Source: an uncultured virus (IMG/VR IMGVR_UViG_3300044591_001667) (taxonomy: Duplodnaviria > Heunggongvirae > Uroviricota > Caudoviricetes). From it: a stretch of 20,000 bases of DNA. The stretch is taken from IMG/VR virus record IMGVR_UViG_3300044591_001667; one strand, 5' to 3'. This document shows, one piece after another, positions 1 to 8,110 of the stretch. Each line of letters starts with the position of its first letter. Within the stretch, counting starts at the first letter, position 1. Under the pieces are notes generated by a model, which saw only the letters and a list, made by a program, of their open reading frames with translations, ran no database searches and was not told the origin of the DNA. The translations under genes and the position numbers were made by a program.

Positions 1-801
1 TCTGAGTGGAACATGGACAAACTTGACGGTAGCGGTCCAAGTGATGTTGTCCTTGATTTGACTAAGGCTCAAATTATGTTTTCTGAGTATGAATGGCTTG
101 GCGTTGGCTCAGTTCGTTTGGGGTTTGCAATTGATGGAGTATTCATTATTGCTCATCAATTTAATCACGCAAACCGTATAGACCGTGTCTATATAACAAC
201 TGCATCTCTTCCATGTAGATATGAAATAGAAAATACAGGAACTACAAACTCTTCAAGCACTATGAAGCAAATCTGTATTTCAGTTATATCTAATGGCGGA
301 TACCAAAAACAATCTACTTCTTGGACAGCTTCCCGTGATGTACCTATTTCTGTAGGAACATCTTTTTATCCAGTTGTAGCTATAAGAATGGCTTCTGGCA
401 GAGAAGACTCTGTAATTGTTCCAGCTAACTTTGCTGCACTTCCAACAACTGACCAAAATTTTATTGTTGCTTTAATTAAGAATCCAACCTCAGTAACTGG
501 CGGAACTTGGTCAACTCATTCAAATCAAAACATTGAATATAATAATTCAGCCACTTCAATGGTTGGTGGAACTGTTGTAGGAGAGTATTTTATGGCTGGT
601 GGCTCTGGACCAGGTAACTCTGGAAAAAGCTCAGCTGTTGGACTTGATGTAAACGGTATTGCCAACTTTGCTCTTCAACTAGGAAGAACCAACGCTTCAT
701 CAGTTGGTGGACCAGTCAGCGATGTCTATGTGGTGGGAGTAAAAACAATTGCCTCGACTGGCAGCGTAGTCGGCTCAATTTCTTGGTTTGACTTGCTCTA
801 A
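1..801 (+). CDS. 5'-truncated phage protein, possibly virion-associated (C-terminal part)
   Basis: The frame is open from base 1, so the true start is probably upstream. The protein is G/S/T/V-rich and beta-like. The motifs DKLDGSGPS, YEWLGVGSVRLGF and HQFNHAN..TASLPCRYEIEN resemble a family I recall from aquatic phages. Confidence 0.55.
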   Translation, partial: SEWNMDKLDGSGPSDVVLDLTKAQIMFSEYEWLGVGSVRLGFAIDGVFIIAHQFNHANRIDRVYITTASLPCRYEIENTGTTNSSSTMKQICISVISNGGYQKQSTSWTASRDVPISVGTSFYPVVAIRMASGREDSVIVPANFAALPTTDQNFIVALIKNPTSVTGGTWSTHSNQNIEYNNSATSMVGGTVVGEYFMAGGSGPGNSGKSSAVGLDVNGIANFALQLGRTNASSVGGPVSDVYVVGVKTIASTGSVVGSISWFDLL

Positions 802-839
802 GCCTGGACTTTTTTAACTTTCTCTGATAGCCTGGAGCT

Positions 840-1916
840 ATGGAGAGTTGGCAAAAGCTACTGAGGTCTTCTACCCCTTTGACCTCAACAGTAGAGATGG
901 ACGGTCTTACGCGAGACTTAGTTCGTCCCTTCGATTACGAAACAGACGGTCTTTCAACCTTTCACCCGTTTGTTCTTCCAGAACTTCCTAGTGAGTTTAA
1001 CCTTGGCGTAATCGTTGGTGCCTCTGGGACAGGTAAGTCAACTCTCCTCCAATCTTTTGGAAATCCTGTAGTCCCAACTTGGGACCACAACAAATCAATT
1101 GCATCTCACTTTAATAATCCAGTAGATGCTAGCGAGCGCTTGTCTGCAGCAGGATTAATGTCTGTACCAGAGTGGGTAAAGCCTTATCAAGTTTTATCAA
1201 ATGGACAAAAGTTTCGTGCAGACTTAGCAATATCTTTACAAAGTAATGCTGTTATTGATGAGTACACCTCAGTAGTAGACCGTAATGTTGCAAAAGCTGC
1301 ATCAACTTCAATGTCTAAATATATTCGTCGTAACAACATAAAAGGAGTTGTGCTGGCAACTGTTCATCGCGACATCCTTGAGTTCCTCGAACCAGATTGG
1401 GTTATTGATACTGATCGTGGTGAGTGGACCTCGGGAAGGTATCTTCACCGACCTGAATTGGTTCTCGACATATATCCTGCCCACAACAGCATTTGGGAAT
1501 ACTTCGCTTCGCACCACTATCTCTCGAACAAGCTCAATAAAGCCTCACACAGCTACGTGGCTATCTGGGAACAACAGTTAGTCGGGTATGTGGCAGCAAT
1601 GACCTATCCGTCAGGTACCGTACAAAATGCATGGCGTGAGCATCGTTTAGTAGTTCATCCTGATTATCAAGGATTAGGTTTTGGACCCAAACTTTCGGAA
1701 GCTGTTGCTCAACATTACTTAAGCAATAATAAAAGATATTTTTCAAAGACTTCTCATCCTCGACTAGGAGAATATAGAGACACTTCTAAATTGTGGAAAC
1801 CAACATCAAAGAATCATATGAAGCGCTTAGATGGACTTGTACATCGTGAAAACATGCGTTGGGAGTTAAACCCAAATCGTTGGTCTTATTCACATGAATA
1901 TATTGGAAACAAATGA
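840..1916 (+). CDS. ABC-type ATPase fused to a C-terminal GNAT acetyltransferase-like domain
   Basis: Walker A GASGTGKST, signature LSNGQKFR, Walker B VIDEY and H-loop ATVH. The C-terminal part has HHYL and the acetyl-CoA-binding motif RLVVHPDYQGLGFG. No transmembrane segments. Confidence 0.85.
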   Translation: MESWQKLLRSSTPLTSTVEMDGLTRDLVRPFDYETDGLSTFHPFVLPELPSEFNLGVIVGASGTGKSTLLQSFGNPVVPTWDHNKSIASHFNNPVDASERLSAAGLMSVPEWVKPYQVLSNGQKFRADLAISLQSNAVIDEYTSVVDRNVAKAASTSMSKYIRRNNIKGVVLATVHRDILEFLEPDWVIDTDRGEWTSGRYLHRPELVLDIYPAHNSIWEYFASHHYLSNKLNKASHSYVAIWEQQLVGYVAAMTYPSGTVQNAWREHRLVVHPDYQGLGFGPKLSEAVAQHYLSNNKRYFSKTSHPRLGEYRDTSKLWKPTSKNHMKRLDGLVHRENMRWELNPNRWSYSHEYIGNK

Positions 1917-1945
1917 CCATCCTTCTAGAGGTCTACACTGACTGT

Positions 1946-2245
1946 ATGAGTGATATCAACTCTCCTGATTCTCCTCAGGAAGAGCCAAAAAAAGACTCTG
2001 TTGATTTTAATCAACTAGAGGTCGAGCTAGGCATGTCGTCTTTGGACGAAGATGCAACTCAGATGCATGAACTTTTTAAGTCTTTAGTAAAAGCAGGATT
2101 TAGAGAAAAACAAGCTCTCCGTCTTGTTGCTCTTATCATCACAGAGCATGACGTTCTAGATGAAGCAATAGTTTTTCAATCAGAGATTGACTTTGATGAA
2201 ATTGGTGACCAAGACCCCGACATTGATTTTGATGATGAGGAATAG
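1946..2245 (+). CDS. acidic hypothetical protein
   Basis: ORF 1913..2245. The start was moved to ATG 1946 because TACACT (1934-1939) lies 6 nt upstream, matching the leaderless pattern. Confidence 0.65.
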   Translation: MSDINSPDSPQEEPKKDSVDFNQLEVELGMSSLDEDATQMHELFKSLVKAGFREKQALRLVALIITEHDVLDEAIVFQSEIDFDEIGDQDPDIDFDDEE

Positions 2246-2580
2246 TGGAAGAAAAGGACAAGTCCGACTACCTCTTTGAACTCCTGTTAGAAATGGGAGC
2301 GGTTGAGTTTCACGGAATAGAGCCATCTACAGGAGAACCTGTATACAAGATTACAGACGTCTGCGAAGAACTCTTCCCTGAGCTTTGGGATATGCAAAAG
2401 CAGCATGTTGGAGAAATGGCTAATTCTTTGTGGCAAAAAGGACTAGTTGAGATAAACCTTACCGCTTCAGGGGAAACAGTTTATTTTAGACAGCATAATT
2501 ATAATAAATATCTAGAACTGAAAGACTCTCTTTCACTAGACGAAAAAACCTTCATGCAAGTTTTTCTTGACGATATGTAA
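2245..2580 (+). CDS. hypothetical protein
   Basis: 111-aa ORF whose GTG start overlaps the upstream TAG. Confidence 0.7.
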   Translation: MEEKDKSDYLFELLLEMGAVEFHGIEPSTGEPVYKITDVCEELFPELWDMQKQHVGEMANSLWQKGLVEINLTASGETVYFRQHNYNKYLELKDSLSLDEKTFMQVFLDDM

Positions 2581-2615
2581 TATTTTGTTAGAATAAAAAC
2601 TTAACTAGGGAGATA

Positions 2616-2855
2616 ATGATGGCTTACGCAAGATTTTTTGCAGACGATGTTTATATTTTTGCATCACCTAAAGGTCTCATGTGTCAGATGTGTAGTTTTG
2701 GTGACATGCTAGAGACAAGCTTTTTAGCTGAGTCAACTCAAGAAATGGTTGACCACCTCAAAGCTCATCAGAAAAAAGGAGACAGAATGCCTTCAACAAT
2801 TTTCGACGAGCTTTGGGCGGATGATGCTGCGAACTACCCAACTAAAAAGGTTTAA
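2616..2855 (+). CDS. small protein with possible C2H2 zinc site
   Basis: CQMC...HLKAH motif. GGGAG RBS and an upstream TAGAAT. Confidence 0.6.
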   Translation: MMAYARFFADDVYIFASPKGLMCQMCSFGDMLETSFLAESTQEMVDHLKAHQKKGDRMPSTIFDELWADDAANYPTKKV

Positions 2856-3252
2856 AGTCTTTTAATTTGTTAAATGCTTCTTCAATAGCTGGCGGAAGAT
2901 TTGTATTTTTTATCGTATTGTTTGCGTAATTCTCATCAAATCTTGGAGTAGTAATAGTTGTCGCTCCCCCATCATTTGAGTAAATACGAGGATTTCTTTT
3001 GTTTCTCCACAACTCTTCATCTATTTGAACCCACTCATTTTCGTGTTCTGTAAGTTGGCGTAGGTTTTCGAATCTCATCAGTTTTTCAATAGCTTCTGGT
3101 GTGAAGTACAAAGTATTTTTATCATGAGGAAAATCTGTAAACACATCAAGAACTTTTAGATAAAACTCAACAAGTTCAGGAGCTTCTAGTGCCAATTCAA
3201 GCTCAAGCTTGGCATGCTCCATCCATTTTTCTTTGCTATATTCAAATGCCAT
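2842..3252 (-). CDS. hypothetical protein
   Basis: 136-aa ORF whose start overlaps the end of the upstream minus-strand gene. Confidence 0.7.
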   Translation of the reverse strand: MAFEYSKEKWMEHAKLELELALEAPELVEFYLKVLDVFTDFPHDKNTLYFTPEAIEKLMRFENLRQLTEHENEWVQIDEELWRNKRNPRIYSNDGGATTITTPRFDENYANNTIKNTNLPPAIEEAFNKLKDFKPF

Positions 3253-3973
3253 TGTTATCCCTATTTCTAACGTTGTCGTTGTACCACTGTCTGCCTTCTA
3301 CAATATTACTCACAAAGACAGGCTCCCCCAAGTCTACCGAAGCAAACCAGTCATACCATTTAGGCAAGCAGTCTATGTAAGGTCCATCTAGTAAAGCAAA
3401 AGGAACCCCATAAGCATGAGCTGTCATAGCAACATGCATAGCTCCTGTTAGAACAAACCTAGCTCCAGAAATCTTGTGAACTATGCGTATAGTGTCATCA
3501 ATAGTTTCTACAACTGCACTATAAATCTCATCTGCTCCATATTCATGTGCAGTAAATTCATTATATTCAGATGGGTCTTTTACGTGACGCATAACAAATG
3601 CCAACCCATTCGGCTGAGCCTTTGTTAATAACTCAGGTAGTACATAGGCAGGGTCTCCTGCAACTTCTATGTCAACACCATGTCTTGCTAGCTCCGCTTG
3701 AGTATTAGGTCCTCGTGCAGCTCTAAATTCGCAAAGTTCAACAAGACTGGGATCTAATTCTTCACCTCTCCAACCACAAGTAACAAAAACTGGTTTCAAT
3801 CCAAGCTTTAAAGTTTCTTCTATTATTTCATTACATATAACACTTCCCAAAGGAAAGTACATGTGGTCTTGGTTTTCAGCCCACATCTTGTAAATAGTGG
3901 GTGGCGTTATTAGCTCAGCCAGAGCATCGCCATAGTTCCTGACGACTCCATCCATCTTCCACTCATAAATCAC
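3242..3973 (-). CDS. polysaccharide pyruvyl transferase-like protein (ExoV-like)
   Basis: The motifs NYGDAL, LGSVI, ARGPNT, GDPAY and AMHVAMTAHAYGVP match the family pattern NxGD / GS / RGP / GDP / SLHxxIxAxAYGxP. Confidence 0.75.
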   Translation of the reverse strand: MIYEWKMDGVVRNYGDALAELITPPTIYKMWAENQDHMYFPLGSVICNEIIEETLKLGLKPVFVTCGWRGEELDPSLVELCEFRAARGPNTQAELARHGVDIEVAGDPAYVLPELLTKAQPNGLAFVMRHVKDPSEYNEFTAHEYGADEIYSAVVETIDDTIRIVHKISGARFVLTGAMHVAMTAHAYGVPFALLDGPYIDCLPKWYDWFASVDLGEPVFVSNIVEGRQWYNDNVRNRDNNGI

Positions 3974-4027
3974 ACCTCAACCATACCTTCCCTTTTCCCC
4001 TTTCATTTCTCGCAACGCCGATGCTTT

Positions 4028-4050
4028 TAAGGGAAAGAGAGCCCGGAAAA
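4028..4050 (+). repeat. dispersed polar motif, copy 1 (TAAGGGAAAGAGAGCCCGGAAAA)
   Basis: Core GAGCCCGGAAAA at 4039-4050, between divergent genes. Confidence 0.9.
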
Positions 4051-4075
4051 TACAATTTTCAACTATGATAAATAC

Positions 4076-4819
4076 ATGGCACGCAAAGACGAAATAGTCG
4101 TTTACTGGTCTCCATACTACCCTGTTCGACCAGAGGAGCGGTATGACTGGAACATGTTATACCAAGACCCTAAATCTCTAACAGATTCTTTGAAGCCTGA
4201 AAGATTAACTAATATCGATCCAAATAGCAGCATATTTTCCTGTCCTGCATATAAAAACATGTTCTCTAATACTTTTGTTTTTTCAAATCTTGTTGACAGT
4301 AAGTATGAATTTAATTTAGAGGCTAACCGATTTGTTGCTATGCAAGAACATCAGTATGTAATGTCTCGGTCTATGCAGCCTTTTTTGCAAGACAGGAAGG
4401 TAATTTGGATTCCCCTTGGGTGGACGTTCTTCTGTGAAGAAGATATTGAAATGGAGCTTATGCCCCCCATTTTGCACGACACTGTCCATAGGCATTACGG
4501 GAGCATTACTCCAGGAAGATTTAATATATCTAAGTGGTATAGACCTTGTATAACAGAGTTTATTCTTTGGAAAGGTCAAAATAGATTCCATCTTGCTGAA
4601 GAGCCAGTTTTGTACGCAAGGTTTATTACAGATAAGAAAGTAACTCTAAAAAGATTTGAAATGACAGCTGACCTACAAAAACTGGCTGAAAGCATAGCTG
4701 ACACAAAAAACAATCTTGGTAGATTTAAGTCTTTGGCTTATAGGTACGATACGTTTGTTAAATCTAAAACCAGAGACCTTGTTCTTCGTAAGGTAAAAGA
4801 GGCTGTCATAGATGAGTAA
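4076..4819 (+). CDS. hypothetical protein, tandem paralogue A
   Basis: Aligns end to end with the next gene (EIVVYW.P.Y, DWNM.Y.DP, CPA, NTFVFS, GRF.I..WYRP, TRD..L.K.KEAVI). Confidence 0.85.
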   Translation: MARKDEIVVYWSPYYPVRPEERYDWNMLYQDPKSLTDSLKPERLTNIDPNSSIFSCPAYKNMFSNTFVFSNLVDSKYEFNLEANRFVAMQEHQYVMSRSMQPFLQDRKVIWIPLGWTFFCEEDIEMELMPPILHDTVHRHYGSITPGRFNISKWYRPCITEFILWKGQNRFHLAEEPVLYARFITDKKVTLKRFEMTADLQKLAESIADTKNNLGRFKSLAYRYDTFVKSKTRDLVLRKVKEAVIDE

Positions 4820-5552
4820 AGAAGAGATTGTTGTTTATTGGGGGCCTTGTTACGATGTTGGTCCAGACAATGTTATTGACTGGAATATGTTCTATGCTGA
4901 CCCTACAGAGCTTCTTCCTGATTTAAAAAAGATGAAAGACAAAACAGCAGGAAATCAAAGCATACTTTACTGCCCTGCCTTCACTGAAAACTATAAAAAT
5001 ACTTTTGTATTCAGTAGCGTTGTAGATAGCAGGTTTTCATACAACCATCGAGAAAACCTCTGGGAAATACCTAACAAGTATCAAATACATCCTGCTACAA
5101 CCATGCGAACCAGTTACATGGAAAATCGCAAACCTTTAGTTCTTTCTATGATTTGGCTTTTTGTTTCTGAAGAGCCATTAGAGATGGAGATTATTTCTCC
5201 ATACCTTCATCAAACAGAGTCTTCCAAGTACGGGGTTATTGCCACTGGAAGGTTTGATATTGGACGTTGGTATAGACCTATCCATGCTGACTACCTGTTG
5301 TGGAGTGGTCTTGACAACTTTGCAATTAAAGAGGGGGATCCCTTTTTCTATGTAAGGTTTAATACTGATAAAAAAGTTGTTCTAAAGAGATACATCAATA
5401 CTCCTGAAATCTACAAACAGACTGTTTCTAATGTTGAAACTAAATTTCTTTTTGGTAAAACACCCCCTCTTGCAAAGCTATACAACTACTTTTCAAAAAC
5501 TAGAACCAGAGACATCATGCTTAAAAAGATAAAAGAAGCAGTGATTGAATAA
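4812..5552 (+). CDS. hypothetical protein, tandem paralogue B
   Basis: Paralogue of 4076..4819, with an 8-nt overlap. Confidence 0.85.
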   Translation: MSKEEIVVYWGPCYDVGPDNVIDWNMFYADPTELLPDLKKMKDKTAGNQSILYCPAFTENYKNTFVFSSVVDSRFSYNHRENLWEIPNKYQIHPATTMRTSYMENRKPLVLSMIWLFVSEEPLEMEIISPYLHQTESSKYGVIATGRFDIGRWYRPIHADYLLWSGLDNFAIKEGDPFFYVRFNTDKKVVLKRYINTPEIYKQTVSNVETKFLFGKTPPLAKLYNYFSKTRTRDIMLKKIKEAVIE

Positions 5553-6004
5553 TGGAGTCTTCAGCACTGATAGAGCTTGAGCGTATGTTCAAGCAGAACA
5601 AGGTTGGCTTCACTGCATCTTGCTTTGACATGCTACATGCAGGGCACATTCTTATGCTGGAAGAAGCAAAATCAGTTTGCGACCACTTGATAGTTGCTCT
5701 TCAGACAGACCCAAGTATTGATAGGCCAAATAAGCGTAAGCCGATTCAATCTTTGATTGAGCGTCAGATTCAGCTTAAAGCAGTTAAATATGTAGACGAA
5801 ATCGTCATTTACGAGACAGAAGAAGACCTGCTCAATTTACTTAAGACTCTACCTATAGACATCCGAATTATCGGGGAAGACTATGCAGGTAAGGACTTCA
5901 CAGGACGCGACTGGTGCGCAACTCACGGTATAGAGATTTACTACAATAGTAGGAAGCACGAGTATTCATCAACAGAGTTAATAGAGCGCATCCGAAAGGG
6001 TTGA
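5552..6004 (+). CDS. cytidylyltransferase-family protein (glycerol-3-phosphate cytidylyltransferase/TagD-like)
   Basis: HxGH motif in GFTASCFDMLHAGH, plus VKYVDEIV, IGEDY and C-terminal YSSTEL. Confidence 0.85.
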   Translation: MESSALIELERMFKQNKVGFTASCFDMLHAGHILMLEEAKSVCDHLIVALQTDPSIDRPNKRKPIQSLIERQIQLKAVKYVDEIVIYETEEDLLNLLKTLPIDIRIIGEDYAGKDFTGRDWCATHGIEIYYNSRKHEYSSTELIERIRKG

Positions 6005-6005
6005 C

Positions 6006-6221
6006 ATGAATTACAGAAGTATCGAAGCTGGTTCAATAGCTCAAGGGTGGGGGAGCTTTACTGCTCAGTCTTTAGATGACGCTGTAACTTTGTCTGTCAC
6101 CACTAAGTGCCCAGAGAAGTGGCTTCTAGTTGATAGAGAAACTGGTCAGGTTTATCAAGGTTCAAATGAAGTAAATCCATACATGCCTTCACAATTTCTT
6201 TGGAAACCTATAGACTCATAG
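6006..6221 (+). CDS. small hypothetical protein
   Basis: 71-aa ORF packed directly after the previous stop codon. Confidence 0.65.
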   Translation: MNYRSIEAGSIAQGWGSFTAQSLDDAVTLSVTTKCPEKWLLVDRETGQVYQGSNEVNPYMPSQFLWKPIDS

Positions 6222-6245
6222 TCTAAGTAAGTAAGGAAAGACGTA

Positions 6246-6707
6246 TTGAAAAAGTTAATAGCAGGTTCTCTTTTATTAGTTATGTCTATAGGAACTTTTG
6301 TCGTTCTTGGGCAGCCAAAAGCAGATTGCGTAAATCTTTATATTGATTATGGCCCGCTAAACAACGGGGCAGTCATAGAGCAGTGCATTCCAGTTACAGG
6401 TGATGTTATGGCATTGGACCTTCTAGCCAGTGTTAACCTATCGACAGAGGGGACTCAGAAGTATGGCAACGCAGTGCTTTGTCGTCTTAATGGGTTCCCT
6501 AACGCATCAGTGGAGTCTTGCGAGGATATGCCACCAGCAGAGTCCTACTGGGCAGTTTTAATAAAAGAGAATGAAATCATTCCTTGGCCTTTTGATTTGC
6601 AAGGCGAATGGGGGTGGGCTCAAACAGGTATAGATGAAGTGCATCTACATCCAGGTGAATCTCTTGGACTTGTATTTGCAGATAATGGAGAGGTGCCATT
6701 CCCATGA
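6246..6707 (+). CDS. secreted/membrane-anchored protein, putative DUF4430/transcobalamin C-terminal-like domain
   Basis: TTG start with AAGGAAAG RBS and a signal peptide (MKKLIAGSLLLVMSIGTFVVLG). The pattern LCRLNGFP..C..MPPAESYWA...WGWAQTG.....L.PGESLGLVF resembles the xxxING...W...G....L.xGD pattern of B12-binding beta-grasp domains. Confidence 0.5.
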   Translation: MKKLIAGSLLLVMSIGTFVVLGQPKADCVNLYIDYGPLNNGAVIEQCIPVTGDVMALDLLASVNLSTEGTQKYGNAVLCRLNGFPNASVESCEDMPPAESYWAVLIKENEIIPWPFDLQGEWGWAQTGIDEVHLHPGESLGLVFADNGEVPFP

Positions 6708-6850
6708 TTCTCCTCGAAGAGAAGATTGAAGTAGCAACAAAAGTTAATCCTTGGCTCAATGCTGTCGTAAGCATTGGATTCAATTTAGCTGCACTCTATG
6801 TATCACATCTGATAACTCTTGAAATTTGGCGCTCACTAACAGGACATTAA
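6704..6850 (+). CDS. 48-aa single-TM protein (not in ORF track)
   Basis: MILLEEKIEVATKVNPWLNAVVSIGFNLAALYVSHLITLEIWRSLTGH. ATGA overlap upstream, TAATG overlap downstream, and a GGAGAGG RBS. Confidence 0.75.
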   Translation: MILLEEKIEVATKVNPWLNAVVSIGFNLAALYVSHLITLEIWRSLTGH

Positions 6851-7458
6851 TGGTCAACTTAACTCGTATTTACACAAAGACTGGCGATGACGGAACTACA
6901 TCTTTAGGTGACCTCAGCAGAGTCCCTAAGACAGATTCTCGTATTGAGGCTTACGCAACGGTAGATGAAGCAAACTCATTTATTGGTGTTGCTATGTCTT
7001 CTATGGTTAGTACTAGGCTAATCTCAGTAATGCGCAACATTCAAAATCATTTGTTTGATGTTGGAGCAGATTTATCAACTCCTGTAGTCCAAGATCCAAA
7101 AATCACACCGCTTCGCATTACAGAAGAGCAAATCGAGTATTTAGAGAAGTGGATAGACAGTCTTAACTCTAAACTTGAACCACTTCGTTCATTTGTTCTT
7201 CCCTCTGGCACAAAGGCATCAGCTGACCTTCATGTTGCTAGGACTGTAGTTCGTAGAGCTGAACGAGCAGTTTGGCGAGCATTGGAAGACCGTTGGGGCG
7301 GTGTTAACCCTTTAACTGCTAAGTATTTGAATAGATTGTCTGATTTGTTGTTTGTGATAGCAAGATACGAAAACAGAACTTCTGGTGACATATTGTGGGA
7401 ACCAGGTGCTAAAGTAAAAGATACTGAAGCAACACACCTCAGCGACGATACAGTGTAA
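6850..7458 (+). CDS. pduO: ATP:cob(I)alamin adenosyltransferase, PduO type
   Basis: MVNLTRIYTKTGDDGTTSL, RIEAYATVDEANS, QNHLFDVGADL, FVLPSG, LHVARTVVRRAER and YLNRLSDLLF. The start at ATG 6850 is coupled to the upstream stop. Confidence 0.95.
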   Translation: MVNLTRIYTKTGDDGTTSLGDLSRVPKTDSRIEAYATVDEANSFIGVAMSSMVSTRLISVMRNIQNHLFDVGADLSTPVVQDPKITPLRITEEQIEYLEKWIDSLNSKLEPLRSFVLPSGTKASADLHVARTVVRRAERAVWRALEDRWGGVNPLTAKYLNRLSDLLFVIARYENRTSGDILWEPGAKVKDTEATHLSDDTV

Positions 7459-7467
7459 GGAATTTAG

Positions 7468-7584
7468 ATGGCTGCAAAAACATCAAGAGTTAGAAACGAT
7501 AGTCGCAAGTGCGGGAAAGCTTCTAAAAAGCGTCCAAAGCAATTTGATGCTCAGCGTAGAAGATTAGTTACAGTAACGCCCTGA
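7468..7584 (+). CDS. 38-aa highly basic peptide (not in ORF track)
   Basis: MAAKTSRVRNDSRKCGKASKKRPKQFDAQRRRLVTVTP with an AAGGA RBS. The last codons overlap the tRNA 5' end. Confidence 0.5.
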   Translation: MAAKTSRVRNDSRKCGKASKKRPKQFDAQRRRLVTVTP

Positions 7585-7649
7585 TAGCTCAGTGGTAGAG
7601 CATTCGCCTTGTAAGCGAAGGGTCGTCAGTTCAATCCTGACTCGGGGCT
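7578..7649 (+). tRNA. tRNA-Thr(UGU)
   Basis: Acceptor stem GCCCTGA/TCGGGGC, D-arm GCTC-AGTGGTA-GAGC, anticodon arm TTCGC-CT TGT AA-GCGAA, T-arm GTCAG-TTCAATC-CTGAC. CCA is not encoded. Confidence 0.95.
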
Positions 7650-7720
7650 CGATTTTTTGTGTAGTAATATAAAAAGAGCAGTAGAAGTACTTCTGCTAAT
7701 TGCATCACATAGGAGCCACA

Positions 7721-8110
7721 ATGTTGGCTAAAACAAATTCAGGCAGTGACAAACAAGTAATACAACCAAAACAATGGACATTAGTTTATTTTGGCGAAAA
7801 GAAACAAACATCTTTTATATCTCACGGCTCAGGTAAACTTCTTTTTAATGTCATCCTTCGTGTTGAATACCCCGAGATAGGATGTCCAAGAACTCTTCGA
7901 GGACGATTTGTCAGATGGCCTAATACATCAAAAGCAGATGAGACAGGTCATAACGATGTTAATCCAATTGCTGGACTAACAAGACATCACCACTGGGACC
8001 ACTTCTTAGAGAACAGAGCTAAAATGCCAGTAGGTTTTATAGTCTGGCATGACGGAGAAAGCCCAATAGTTCTTGATGGAAGACAGATTAAAAGTTTTTT
8101 AAGTAACTAG
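7721..8110 (+). CDS. hypothetical protein
   Basis: AGGAG RBS before ATG 7721, in frame with track ORF 7700..8110. Confidence 0.7.
   Translation: MLAKTNSGSDKQVIQPKQWTLVYFGEKKQTSFISHGSGKLLFNVILRVEYPEIGCPRTLRGRFVRWPNTSKADETGHNDVNPIAGLTRHHHWDHFLENRAKMPVGFIVWHDGESPIVLDGRQIKSFLSN

Noticed and set aside
6222..6245. Cobalamin riboswitch ahead of the B12 module
   Set aside because: The gap is only 24 nt and no B12-box is recognisable.
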